The notes under the pieces are model-generated. The model was not told where the DNA came from, made no database searches, and saw only the letters and a program-made list of their open reading frames with translations. A stretch of 64,000 nt of DNA from Armatimonadota bacterium (GTDB lineage: Bacteria > Armatimonadota > SYMT01): the NCBI GenBank assembly GCA_046292385.1, contig JBKBRF010000010.1, positions 84,357-148,356 on the forward strand, given 5' to 3'. A program made the position numbers and the translations under genes. Within the stretch, counting starts at the first letter, position 1. The number at the start of each line of letters is the position of its first letter. Of the stretch, positions 10,078 to 21,025 are shown one piece after another.

Positions 10078-10250
10078 AGCGGCGACCGAGCACTCCAGCG
10101 AGGTTCCCCTGGCGGGGAAGCGGTGGCGAGCCACCGCACTCCACAGACTTCACCGAGGCAGTCTCCCTTTCGGCCAGAGGGAGTGCCTCCCGGGCCGGCT
10201 TGTGGAGTGCGAATGCTTGTCCCCCGAACGGGGGGCTTGCTTTCGCGCCC
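10078..10250. repeat. REP-like palindromic cluster (GGAGTGC...GCACTCC type)
   Basis: aagcggtggcgagccaccgcactcca with inverted ggagtgc-initiated partners in intergenic DNA. Confidence 0.55.
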
Positions 10251-10419
10251 CGCGCCAGCGGGGCATCCGGAGCCGGCTCCTGATTTCGCCAACAGGCTCT
10301 GGCGAGGGGTGGCCACTGGAGCGGCCAGTGAATCGCCGCGACGCAGAAGCCGTTCTCGACAAGCGAGAGAACCTCACTAGACAGCAGGACCCAACCCATC
10401 CCACCGCCAACGGGTCCCC

Positions 10420-11823
10420 ATGCGCCCGCTTCTCCTCCTCGCCTTCCTCTGCGCCGCCATCCTCGGCGGCGGTGCGGCTGCCCAGCGAGAGCGGCCTGCC
10501 CGCCCGAACCTGCTCGTCATCCTGGCAGACGACCTGGGCTACGGCGATCTCTCCAGCTACGGCGCGGCCGACCTGAAGACGCCGCACCTCGACGCGCTGG
10601 TGGCAGACGGGATGCGGTTCGACCGCTTCTACGCCAACTCGCCGGTCTGCTCGCCCACCCGCGCCTCGCTCCTCACCGGCCGGTATCCGGACCTGGTCGG
10701 CGTGCCGGGGGTGATCCGCACGCACGCGGAGAATAGCTGGGGTTACCTGTCTCCGGAGGCGGAACTGCTCCCCAAGAGCCTGAAGCGCGCCGGCTACCAC
10801 ACGGCGCTGGTCGGCAAGTGGCACCTGGGGCTCACCCCGCCGAACACGCCGACGGACCGGGGATTCGACCACTTCCACGGCTTCCTGGGCGACATGATGG
10901 ACGACTACCTGGACCATCGCCGCCACGGGATCAACTACATGCGCCTGGGCCGCCGCGAAATCGACCCGCCGGGGCACGCGACCGACCTCTTCACCACCTG
11001 GGCGATCGACTACCTCCGCACCCGCGCCGGCACCCGGCAGCCGTTCTTCCTCTATCTCGCTTACAACGCGCCGCACGTGCCGATCCAGCCGCCGGACGCC
11101 TGGGTCGACCGCGTGAAGGCGCGGAACCCGGGGATCGACGATCGGCGCGCTCGCCTCGCCGCGCTGGTGGAGCAGATGGACGACGGCATCGGGAAGGTGA
11201 TCGACGCGCTGAAGCAGTCGGGCGACTACGAGAACACGCTGATCGTCTTCACCAGCGACAACGGCGGCCAGCTCAGTGCCGGGGCCTCGAACGGGCCGCT
11301 CCGCGGCGCGAAGGAAGACGTCTACGAGGGCGGCATCCGCGTGCCGGCGTGCGCCGTCTGGCCCGGGAAGATCCGGCGCGGCAGCCGCTCGGACCGCGTG
11401 GCGCTCACGATGGACCTCTTCCCCACGCTCTGCGAGGCCGCCGGTGTGAAGCCGCCCGCCCCGGTCGACGGCGTCTCCCTGATCCCGGAGTTGACCGGCA
11501 CCGGCGTCCCAGCCGCGGAGCGGACGCTCTTCTGGGTCCGGCGGGAGGGCGGAGCCCGCTACGAGGGGAAGACGATCCACGCCGTCCGCCGCGGCGATTG
11601 GAAGCTGGTCCACAACAGCCCGTTCGAGCCGATGCAGCTCTTCAACCTGGCCGCGGACCCGAAGGAGCAGACCGACGTGTCGGCTCGGAACCGCCCGGTC
11701 TTCGACGAGCTGAGCGCCGCCCTGCGAGAGCAGATCCGCCGCGCCGGCCGCGTGCCGTGGGTGGAGCCGGAAGCGCCGCGGCGCCGCCGGACCGCGGCTA
11801 CCGGCGCCCCAGCGCGGCCGTGA
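10420..11823 (+). CDS. Arylsulfatase family (formylglycine-dependent) sulfatase
   Basis: Signal peptide; ADDLGYGD, CSPTRASLLTGR, GKWHLG, SDNGG. Confidence 0.93.
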   Translation: MRPLLLLAFLCAAILGGGAAAQRERPARPNLLVILADDLGYGDLSSYGAADLKTPHLDALVADGMRFDRFYANSPVCSPTRASLLTGRYPDLVGVPGVIRTHAENSWGYLSPEAELLPKSLKRAGYHTALVGKWHLGLTPPNTPTDRGFDHFHGFLGDMMDDYLDHRRHGINYMRLGRREIDPPGHATDLFTTWAIDYLRTRAGTRQPFFLYLAYNAPHVPIQPPDAWVDRVKARNPGIDDRRARLAALVEQMDDGIGKVIDALKQSGDYENTLIVFTSDNGGQLSAGASNGPLRGAKEDVYEGGIRVPACAVWPGKIRRGSRSDRVALTMDLFPTLCEAAGVKPPAPVDGVSLIPELTGTGVPAAERTLFWVRREGGARYEGKTIHAVRRGDWKLVHNSPFEPMQLFNLAADPKEQTDVSARNRPVFDELSAALREQIRRAGRVPWVEPEAPRRRRTAATGAPARP

Positions 11824-13336
11824 TCGCCTGCTCCAGCTCGGCCCGGCTCTCCGGCCGACCGGCCCAGCCGAGGAAATGGTCCGGCCGGACCACGAGCACC
11901 TGACATTCGCCGAACCGGTAGGCCAGCAGTCCCGACGGATCGATCCAGCCGTCCCGCCCGATCGGGATCGTGGGTATGCCGAATGCGGGGTCGACTTCTA
12001 CGGGCGGATGGTCGAGGAAGAGGAGGGCGGGACCGAGGCCGAGGAGGGGGTGCAGCCGGCTCGAGCCCCGCAGCCCCTGCAGCTCCACGTCCGGAACGCG
12101 CTCGCCGGCCGGACCGCCTCTCGCCGGAAACAGCGGAGACTGCCGGTAGCTCCCGGCGAGCATCGTGAGCCGGCGCATCAGCGGTCGTCGGAGGGGCCGC
12201 ACGCCAGCCGCGGTCCGCGCCAGCCCCAGGGCGAGCAGTCGCAGAAGGCGGGGAGCGAAGACGGCGCGAGTGGCGCGGTCCGTAAACGAGTTCACCTCGC
12301 GCGTGACCAGGTCGTGGCGCTCCTGATGGTACGACTCCAGCAGCCGCTCCTCGTCCCCACCCGCCAGGATCGCCGCCAGCTTCCACGCCAGGTTGTGGAC
12401 GTCGTGGATGCCGGCGTTCATGCCCTGCGCTCCGACCGGGCTGTTCAGGTGCGCCGCGTCGCCCGCCAGCAGCACGCGCCCCCGGCGGAAACGTGGGGCG
12501 CAGCGGCAGTGGAGGCGGAAATGGCTCGACCAGACACACTCGTAATCGCCCGGACCCCAGATCAACCGCACGAGACGGTCGACCAGCTCCCGCGGGACGG
12601 GGCTCCCGGCTTCCACCCGATCCGGGTTGGCGGGCACGCCGCTCACGATCCGCCAGTTGCCGCTCTCCAGCTTGAGGCCGAACGCGACCCGCTCTTCGTC
12701 TGCGGCCAGGCGGGGAAACGGGAGGTCGGCACGGCCATCTCCGAAGCGGACGTCGGCGAGGATTGCCTCCAGCGGGTAGGTAATCCCCTCGAGCGAGAGC
12801 CCCAACCGGTGCCGGACCGTGCTGTCCGCCCCGTCGCAGCCCACCAGGTACCGCGCGCGGTGCGCGTATTCCCGATCGCCGCTGCGGATCGTGGCCAGAA
12901 CGCCGGTATCGTCCTGCTGCAGGTCGAGCAGCACCTGGCCGAAGCGGACGTCGCAAAGGCCGGTAGCGCGAACCTCCTCCAGCAGCAGGCGCTCCGTCTG
13001 TCCCTGCTCCAGGATACAGAGGCCGGCGAACCGGCACTCGTCATTCAGCTCTTCCACCGGCATCGTGAGCACCGGCTCGCCGGTCCGGGCGGAGTACGCC
13101 GTCAGGGACCGCAGGAAGAGCGCCTCTTCCAGCACCCGCTCGGCGATCCCCCACTGGCTGAAGATCTCCAGCGTCCGCGCGTGGATCCCCGGCGCCTTGG
13201 AATACTCACTGGTGGACGAGTGCTTTTCCACCAGCACCGAGTGGACGCCGCGGCGGGCCAACCCGAGGGCCAGCGAGAGCCCGACCGGTCCCGCACCCAC
13301 GATCAGCACAGGGCTATCGAAGTGGGAGCTCGACAT
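11798..13336 (-). CDS. FAD-dependent monooxygenase (PheA/TfdB-like)
   Basis: GAGPVG, GCDGADS, LAGDAAH...GAQGMNAGIHD; start taken at MSSSHFDS. Confidence 0.9.
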   Translation of the reverse strand: MSSSHFDSPVLIVGAGPVGLSLALGLARRGVHSVLVEKHSSTSEYSKAPGIHARTLEIFSQWGIAERVLEEALFLRSLTAYSARTGEPVLTMPVEELNDECRFAGLCILEQGQTERLLLEEVRATGLCDVRFGQVLLDLQQDDTGVLATIRSGDREYAHRARYLVGCDGADSTVRHRLGLSLEGITYPLEAILADVRFGDGRADLPFPRLAADEERVAFGLKLESGNWRIVSGVPANPDRVEAGSPVPRELVDRLVRLIWGPGDYECVWSSHFRLHCRCAPRFRRGRVLLAGDAAHLNSPVGAQGMNAGIHDVHNLAWKLAAILAGGDEERLLESYHQERHDLVTREVNSFTDRATRAVFAPRLLRLLALGLARTAAGVRPLRRPLMRRLTMLAGSYRQSPLFPARGGPAGERVPDVELQGLRGSSRLHPLLGLGPALLFLDHPPVEVDPAFGIPTIPIGRDGWIDPSGLLAYRFGECQVLVVRPDHFLGWAGRPESRAELEQAITAALGRR

Positions 13337-13383
13337 CACGGCCTCTGGCGCCACCCACCGGCCGGCCTGGCGCCGACCGCGCT

Positions 13384-13977
13384 CTAGCGCCCTACTCGGC
13401 CACTTCCCACAAACGGGGTCGCGCCACGCACGTCTTCCAGCCGCAGAACTCCCAGGACTGCCTCGCAGCTCCCGCTCTGGCCGATGCGCCACGGGTCCCA
13501 GGGCCTCCGGGGCAGCTCCGGATCGAAGAGCCGGCTCCAGCTTACCCGGAGCTCGGACTTCCACGGATCGGGGAAATCGCGGGGGTGGGCGTTCGGGTCA
13601 GTGTCGGGAAGCGCAGCGCTCCACCGGGCGTGCTCCCCCGCGGTGACAGCGAGATAGAGACCGCAGTAGACGGTGTCCCACGCCCAGATCGGAAACGTGA
13701 CGAAGCTTCCGGCGGCGGGCTCCAGCTCGATCCGCAACTCCCGCTGGCCCGCCGGCCGGCTGTGCCGGAACAGGCGGAGATCCGGCTTCTGGCAGTAGGC
13801 CCACCAGGGCAAGGTGCCGGGATAGCCGGACACGCGGCGCCCCAGCTCCCCTGCCAGCCAGCGATAGGCGGGCGGAACGTAGGCGTCGTCAGATAGGCGT
13901 ACCTCATCCACCAGCAGCTCGCCGGAGCGCTCCAGTTGCTCCCAGACCTCAAACGGTTGGATGGTCCAGAGTCGCAC
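13384..13977 (-). CDS. DUF3841-like hypothetical protein
   Basis: MRLWTIQPFEVW...AYRWL...PWWAY...KPDLR pattern. Confidence 0.65.
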   Translation of the reverse strand: MRLWTIQPFEVWEQLERSGELLVDEVRLSDDAYVPPAYRWLAGELGRRVSGYPGTLPWWAYCQKPDLRLFRHSRPAGQRELRIELEPAAGSFVTFPIWAWDTVYCGLYLAVTAGEHARWSAALPDTDPNAHPRDFPDPWKSELRVSWSRLFDPELPRRPWDPWRIGQSGSCEAVLGVLRLEDVRGATPFVGSGRVGR

Positions 13978-14016
13978 GGAGCTCGACTAAAGAAAAACTT
14001 GGCGCAACCCGCCATA

Positions 14017-14032
14017 TGGCACGGTTCTTGCT
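14017..14032 (+). promoter_or_regulatory. Sigma-54 (RpoN) -24/-12 promoter
   Basis: TGGCACGGTTCTTGCT matches consensus TGGCACG-N4-TTGC(A/T) exactly; A-tract upstream. Confidence 0.75.
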
Positions 14033-14042
14033 AGAGCCTGAA

Positions 14043-14101
14043 GAGGCTCATTGACTGTATAGTGCTTACGCTCGCCGGCGCCAAAACGCCGGCGATTTTT
14101 T
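14043..14101 (+). ncRNA. Putative sigma-54-dependent small RNA (~60 nt)
   Basis: Bounded by the sigma-54 promoter and a + strand intrinsic terminator; both neighbouring genes are on the minus strand; no ORF. Confidence 0.6.
14072..14101 (+). terminator. Rho-independent terminator
   Basis: tcgccggcg-ccaaaa-cgccggcga followed by tttttt. Confidence 0.8.
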
Positions 14102-14109
14102 CGTCAGCG

Positions 14110-14955
14110 CTATCCCAGCTCGAAGGTGGTGACGCCGAAGACGCGGCGGAGGTCGAAGTCGGGGGCGCCGCGGGTGTACATCCGGGCGGTGTCGAAGACC
14201 GGGACCATGCCGTGGGCCTCGGCGAGGCGGACTGCCTCCCGGTGCGGCGCGGGGACATCCAGGAAGATTGGCTGGTCCGGCGCCTGTGCAGCGAGGCCGC
14301 TGAAGAGCCCCTGCGCTGTATCCTCGTCTTCCGCAAAGAGGGGGCCGATCTTGCAGCCGCTGCGGCACGGACGGATCATCCCGTAGCCGCACAGGCTGCC
14401 GTCCCGGATGAGCCCCAGCGCGGTCGCGCCGGGCTGGGCCAGCCAGCGCTGGAGGAAGCGGCGGCGGGGGACCGGAAACGCGGTGCGGTCGAACGCCTCG
14501 ACCGCCTCCCACGGCACTTCCGAGAGGTCGGCCAGGCCCTCCGGGACGCTGCCGCCGCCGGTGCCCTGGTAGCGCACGTTCGGGTATTCCAGGCGGAACC
14601 CGGACTTGCGGTAGTTCTCCTGCTGGGCGGGCACGCCGTCCAGCCCCACGTTGCGGCCGTCCAGGTACTCCACCGCCGCGTTCCACACGCGCAGGCCGTA
14701 GCCGCGCCCGCGCTGGCCCGGCCGCACGATGTAGAAGCCGATGAAGCCGAAGGTGTCGTCGTAGGCAACGGCGGAGATGCAGGCGACCGGCTCGCCGTGG
14801 AGCGTCCCGACGAGGAAGCCCTGGGGGTCGGTGGCATGGAACGCCTCCGCGTCGTGAAGGCCGGGGTTCCATCCCTCCGCCGCGGCCCACTCGACGGCGA
14901 TCGCCTCCAGCTCGCGCCGGCTCATGCGGCGGATCTCGAAGCCGGCTTGCGTCAT
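14110..14955 (-). CDS. GNAT family N-acetyltransferase (YitH-like, two-domain)
   Basis: WAAAEGWNPG, RGRGYG acetyl-CoA motif, KIGPLFA, VFGVTTFELG. Confidence 0.88.
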   Translation of the reverse strand: MTQAGFEIRRMSRRELEAIAVEWAAAEGWNPGLHDAEAFHATDPQGFLVGTLHGEPVACISAVAYDDTFGFIGFYIVRPGQRGRGYGLRVWNAAVEYLDGRNVGLDGVPAQQENYRKSGFRLEYPNVRYQGTGGGSVPEGLADLSEVPWEAVEAFDRTAFPVPRRRFLQRWLAQPGATALGLIRDGSLCGYGMIRPCRSGCKIGPLFAEDEDTAQGLFSGLAAQAPDQPIFLDVPAPHREAVRLAEAHGMVPVFDTARMYTRGAPDFDLRRVFGVTTFELG

Positions 14956-14968
14956 CGGCTGCGGTTCC

Positions 14969-16435
<1,467 letters not shown>

Positions 16436-16436
16436 T

Positions 16437-16517
16437 ACGGTTGCAGGTGAGCAGGCTCGCAGGTTGCAGGTTCTGAACCGGGAACCTGCCCACTGGCCAA
16501 CCGGTAACCCCGGCAGG
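16437..16517. repeat. Degenerate (GCAGGTT)n inverted-repeat cassette
   Basis: ggttgcaggtgagcaggctcgcaggttgcaggtt then aacctgcc/aaccgg partners; same unit at 30609-30662. Confidence 0.5.
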
Positions 16518-18155
16518 CTATCCGCTGATCGCCGGGGTGCGGCTGGGAGCGTAGAAGCACTTCTCGCCCTCGCCGCGGGCGCACTCCCGCGCGAACTCGA
16601 TCATGTGGTGTGACACCACGCCGACGTGGATCACTTCCTCAATTTTCAGCCGGCGCAGGTTCGGCTTCGCCATCTGCCAGAAGCGCTGCCGGTAATCCGC
16701 CTTGCGCCCCACCTGCCAGACCAGCCGGGAGAGGATGCCGGCGCCGCGCGCAATGCTGCGCGGATTCACGCGGGCCCGGGTGGGGGGCGGCACCTTGCGG
16801 TTCGGGTAGGTGTGGCGGAGCTGGTGGTCGAAGCGCGCGTAGATCGCCTCCGGCGAGTAGGCGCGGGTGACGCACTCCTGCCACATCGAGACGACCGTCT
16901 CGTACGGCAGGCGGAAGTCGACGTTCGACTCTCGCCCGGCGCCGTCGAGCAACCGCCCCTCCGCCTCCAGCCGGCGCCAGAGCGGCGTCCGCGGGAGCGC
17001 GTGGAGGATGTTGATGGTGAGCATCGGGATCCCGGAGAGCTCGATGAACTGCACGATCCGCTCGCCGGTGGTCGGGGTGTCGGTATCCAGGCCGATGATG
17101 ATGCCGGAGACCACTTCCATCCCGTAGCTGTTGAGGGTCCGGACCGCCTCCAGGATCGGCTGGCGCAGGTTCTGCTTCTTCATCATCGCCTGGAGCGCGT
17201 GCTCCTCCGGCGTCTCGATGCCGCAGAAGACGGTGTAGAAGCAGGCCTCCCGCATCAGCTCCAGGACGTCCGGCGCCTGCGCCAGGTTCAGGGTCGCCTC
17301 GCAGGCGAACTGGATCGGGTAGCCGCGCTCCTCCTGCCACTTCACCAGCGCCTGCAGCAGCTCGACCGCCGCCTTCTTGTTGCCGATGAAGTTGTCGTCC
17401 ACGAAGTAGACGCACCCCGGGTTGCCGCGCGCCAGCATCGCGTCGAGCTCCGCGGTCACCTGCTCCGGCGTCTTCAGGCGCGGGTTGCGGCCGTACAGCT
17501 CCGGGATGTCGCAGAACTCGCAGCGATAGGGGCAGCCGCTGGAGAACTGGACGCTCGCCAGGAAGTAGTCGGTCAGGTTGAGCAGGTGGTAGGCCGGCAG
17601 CGGGAAATCGGCCAGCGGCAGCCGCTCCTCGGTGGTGTAGACCTCCTGCCGCTCCGGCCGCTCGACGCTCCGGTCGAGCCGCTCGATGATCCGGTCGGTG
17701 GCGTCCCCCATCTCGCCGAGGTGGAGGAGGTCGACGTCGACGTACCACTCCGCGCTGCTGGAGACGGAGGGGCCGCCCAGGACGGTGATCTTGCCGAAGG
17801 AGTGCGCTCGCTCGTTGATCTCCCGGATCCGGTCCCGCTGGACGTGCATGCCGCTGATGAAGACCACGTCTGCCCAGCGGTAGTCGGCCTCGGTCGCGCG
17901 GGAGATGTTCTCGTCCACAAAGCGCACCTCCCACTCCCGCGGCATGTAGGCGGCGATGAGCAGGATGCCCTGCGGCGGCATAAAGGCCCGCACCCGCATC
18001 AGCGGGAAGGCGTGGTCGAACGTGCCGAACGAGTGGGTGTACCGCGGAAACACGCAGAGCACGCGGCGCCGGTGCTGCGGCTGGTAGTCCGGGCCGCGCG
18101 GCGGCACGGGGGCGGGCTTAGGGATGGTAAGCTCGACGAGCGAAGATCCTGACAT
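16518..18155 (-). CDS. hpnP: B12-binding radical SAM methyltransferase, hopanoid C-2 methylase-like
   Basis: RRVLCVFPRYTHSFGTF..AFMPPQG..FVDEN, SGMHVQR, GCPYRCEFCDIPELYGRNPRLKTPEQ, RESNVDF; closely follows HpnP as I recall it. Confidence 0.8.
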   Translation of the reverse strand: MSGSSLVELTIPKPAPVPPRGPDYQPQHRRRVLCVFPRYTHSFGTFDHAFPLMRVRAFMPPQGILLIAAYMPREWEVRFVDENISRATEADYRWADVVFISGMHVQRDRIREINERAHSFGKITVLGGPSVSSSAEWYVDVDLLHLGEMGDATDRIIERLDRSVERPERQEVYTTEERLPLADFPLPAYHLLNLTDYFLASVQFSSGCPYRCEFCDIPELYGRNPRLKTPEQVTAELDAMLARGNPGCVYFVDDNFIGNKKAAVELLQALVKWQEERGYPIQFACEATLNLAQAPDVLELMREACFYTVFCGIETPEEHALQAMMKKQNLRQPILEAVRTLNSYGMEVVSGIIIGLDTDTPTTGERIVQFIELSGIPMLTINILHALPRTPLWRRLEAEGRLLDGAGRESNVDFRLPYETVVSMWQECVTRAYSPEAIYARFDHQLRHTYPNRKVPPPTRARVNPRSIARGAGILSRLVWQVGRKADYRQRFWQMAKPNLRRLKIEEVIHVGVVSHHMIEFARECARGEGEKCFYAPSRTPAISG

Positions 18156-18276
18156 GCGGGTGGGTCTTCCCCAGCGCCGGCACTCCCCCGGCGCGACACT
18201 GTTCTTCCCGCGTACACTCTACCACGCTGGCTCCATCACCCGCTGTTCTGACCGCCCTCCAGCCAGGCGACACCGA

Positions 18277-18543
18277 TTTCACCGCCGAGATCCGAACCTG
18301 TTTCACCACAGAGACGCGGAGAGCGCAGAGAGAACACAGACCAGGCGCCGAGAGGGAGGGGCCCGTTCCGCCTGTCGAGTACCGTACAGCGGCCCCGGAG
18401 CTGCTCCTTCTGGTCTTCTTCTTTGCGTCCTTTGCGCTCTTGGCGGTTAGTCCGGTTCGGATCCTGGTTCGGGTTCTCTCCGCGTCCTCTGCGTCTCTGC
18501 GGTGAATAAAAGTTCGGATTCGGTCCGCGCCTCGGCGGTGAAT
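18277..18543. repeat. Nested inverted-repeat (REP/MITE-like) cassette, GxxExxY-associated type
   Basis: ttcaccacagagacgcggagagcgcagag ... ctccgcgtcctctgcgtctctgcggtgaa; also ttcaccgccgag / ctcggcggtgaa. Confidence 0.75.
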
Positions 18544-18556
18544 CCGGGTCTGGAGC

Positions 18557-19819
18557 TCAGAGGTCCGTGCGTTCCAGGACGTCGTCGCGGACCCGGAAGA
18601 TGTACGGGGTGAGCGGGTGGTTCATCCGCTGGAAGTCCTGCTTCACCTGGCGGATGATGCTGGCGCAGACTTCCGGGTCCCGCTCGGAGAAGGCGATGAG
18701 GAAGTCGCGGTTCGGGAGGCCGACCAGGTACTCGTCGCCCAGCTCCGCCGCGAACGAGTCGCGGAGGCCGGGGAGCACCAGGCGGGCCGCGTCGTAGCCG
18801 TCCTGCGTGTTCACCACCATGGCGATGGTGCCGCCGTCGCGCGCGGGGAGCACGGTGACCGGCAGCTCTCCAGAGCGCTCCGCCAGGTTGTCGACCGCCA
18901 CCTCCTGCACCCGCTCCAGCGGCACGCCCCACTCATCCAGGATCGTCTCGGTAGCGTAGGCGAGCCGGGTGGGTGAGTCGATGGCGAAGCAGAGCAGCAG
19001 CCCGGGCGCGAACTCCACGCTCACCAGCGGCAGCTCGCGGCGGATCTCGCGGACCCAGTCGTGCGACTTCAACATCGGCAGCAGCCGGCCGCGGACGGCC
19101 GCGTAGTCGTGGTACTCGTCGTGCTCCAGCTCCGCGGTCAGCATCTGGTCCAGGTGCTCCCGGATCAGCACCCCGGCCGACTCCGGAGTGAGCAGGCAGC
19201 TCCGGTAGAGGTTCTCCAACCCGAGAGAGGTGTTCAGCTCCCCCTCGGTGTCGCTCAGCTCGATCGTCCAGGCATCGCCGGCGGTCGCCTGGAATCGCGG
19301 GTACTCCCGCTGCAGCACCTCCAGCACGCGCTCCCGGAACTGTTCCGGCGACGGCGGCTGCACCTCCGGCAGCCGGAGGGACGCCAGCAGCTCGTCGGCG
19401 GCACGGCGCTGCGACTCGGAGGCGGCGCCGGGGCCAAGCTGCGTGGCGTAGAGCGCCAGGGAGCCGGCCCGCACCAGCCACATGCGGATGCGCGTGCCGG
19501 AGGGGGCGAGGTCGGCCCGGGCGCTTTCCCCTTCCCCGTAGGCGACGGTCCGCTCCCCCTGGCGCAGGAGCGTGACCTCCTCCGGAGCGAGGGGAATGTC
19601 GAGCCGGTGCGCCGTCTTGACGAGCTGCATCCGCAGCTCCTCGTCTCCCGGCTGCGACTCGTCGGCGCCCATCACCACCGGCGAAAAGCTGACCGCCGTC
19701 GGGTCTACCCGGCCGCTGTAGACGAAGGTGACGCTATTGCTCTCCTCCTGGAAATGCGGCTCCCACTCGGACGGGTGCTCCACGGAAAAAAGCTGGCGCG
19801 GGTGCTCGTAAGTCGGCAT
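18557..19819 (-). CDS. DUF1444 (YtpQ-like) domain protein
   Basis: C-terminal LLPMLK...FAIDSP...AVDNL...DGYDAARL...VGLPNRDFL; start taken at MPTYEH. Confidence 0.7.
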   Translation of the reverse strand: MPTYEHPRQLFSVEHPSEWEPHFQEESNSVTFVYSGRVDPTAVSFSPVVMGADESQPGDEELRMQLVKTAHRLDIPLAPEEVTLLRQGERTVAYGEGESARADLAPSGTRIRMWLVRAGSLALYATQLGPGAASESQRRAADELLASLRLPEVQPPSPEQFRERVLEVLQREYPRFQATAGDAWTIELSDTEGELNTSLGLENLYRSCLLTPESAGVLIREHLDQMLTAELEHDEYHDYAAVRGRLLPMLKSHDWVREIRRELPLVSVEFAPGLLLCFAIDSPTRLAYATETILDEWGVPLERVQEVAVDNLAERSGELPVTVLPARDGGTIAMVVNTQDGYDAARLVLPGLRDSFAAELGDEYLVGLPNRDFLIAFSERDPEVCASIIRQVKQDFQRMNHPLTPYIFRVRDDVLERTDL

Positions 19820-19844
19820 CAGTCCTTCCAATCGGGGTGTGGTC

Positions 19845-20063
19845 TCACCGCAGAGACGCAAAGGACGCGGAGAGAACCCGAACCACCTAGAACCGCCAAG
19901 AACACCAAGCTAGCCAAGAGCTATTAGACCAGGAAGCTTTCCCGGATCGAGAACGCCGTGCGTCTACGGGCCGCACTGATACTCTTGGCGTTCTTGGCGT
20001 CTTGGCGGTTAAGCCTTCTTGCTGACTGGTTCTCTCTGTGCCCTCTGCGTCTCTGCGGTAAAA
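19845..20063. repeat. Nested inverted-repeat cassette
   Basis: Outer accgcagagacgca / tgcgtctctgcggt; inner aaccgccaagaacaccaag / cttggcgttcttggcgtcttggcggtt. Confidence 0.75.
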
Positions 20064-20077
20064 CCCGGTTCGGGAGA

Positions 20078-20833
20078 CTATCGCGGAGGAATCCCCAGCC
20101 AGCCGGCGGCCGCCTCCGCCAGCTCTTTCACGAGCGGGTCGACCGCCCACGGGTCGGCGTTTTCCAGGCGCAGGCAGACCGGGCCGTCGTAGCCCGCCAG
20201 GCGGAGGCGCTCTCCGAAGAGCGGTAGATCGAGCTCGCCTTCTCCGGGCGGCACCACCCGTCCGCGGAGCGCGTCGTTCAGGTAGACGCAGCGCGGCAGC
20301 TCCGGCAGGGCTTCCAGCTCCAGCGGGTCCCAGCCCGCGAGCAGCGCCTGGCCCGGGTCGAGCGCGATCCCGAACCGCCGTCTCCCGGCCGCGCGCAGGA
20401 TCTCCGCCAGCGCCCCCGGGTCGGCGGCCACGGTGCCGGCACGGTTTACCAGGCAGACGTCGACCGGCAGCGCGCCGAGCGCGCGGTCGAGCAGCCGCAG
20501 CCCCGCCGCCACCGCTTCCGGGGTGCCCTCGAAGGGGGCTTCGGTAATCAGCAGAGCGCTGTCCAGCTCCCGGGCATAGGAGGCAGCCCGGCCAATCGCC
20601 GCCAGGGCGGCTTCCCACTCCGGCCCCTCGGCCACCCTGGGCAGGGGCCCCGTGCGGACCGCCGCCAGCTCCAGCTCTTCGGCCCGCAGGCGCGCCCGCA
20701 TCGCCTCGACATCCGGGAACGGCTCTTCCGGCAGGTAGAGCTCCACGCCCGCGTACCCCGCCCATCCAGCCTTGGAGACGGCGGTCTCAATACGGTCCTC
20801 TGGGAAACAGGCGGTGGAACAGACAAGGCGCAC
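20078..20833 (-). CDS. Sugar phosphate isomerase/epimerase family TIM barrel
   Basis: AGYAGVEL, ALDPGQ, PPGEGELDL, GYDGPVCL; several metal ligands appear substituted. Confidence 0.7.
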   Translation of the reverse strand: MRLVCSTACFPEDRIETAVSKAGWAGYAGVELYLPEEPFPDVEAMRARLRAEELELAAVRTGPLPRVAEGPEWEAALAAIGRAASYARELDSALLITEAPFEGTPEAVAAGLRLLDRALGALPVDVCLVNRAGTVAADPGALAEILRAAGRRRFGIALDPGQALLAGWDPLELEALPELPRCVYLNDALRGRVVPPGEGELDLPLFGERLRLAGYDGPVCLRLENADPWAVDPLVKELAEAAAGWLGIPPR

Positions 20834-21025
20834 GCAGGATCTCCGAATCTCCGGTAAAAGGTTCCCTCAGCATACCATGGCCTCTGAGGGCGGGGTGCAG
20901 AGGACGGAGTGCGGAATTCGGATCTGCCGTGAACGAGATCGCTTGCTCCTGCTCGCTGGCGACCTGGTGCTTCCGGCACGTTTTAGCTACGGGTGGCCAT
21001 TGCCGGCCCGGACACCGGGCCGTGT

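Noticed and set aside
18156..18300. Cobalamin riboswitch upstream of the B12 radical SAM gene
   Set aside because: Only isolated GGGAA words; no B12-box or core motif
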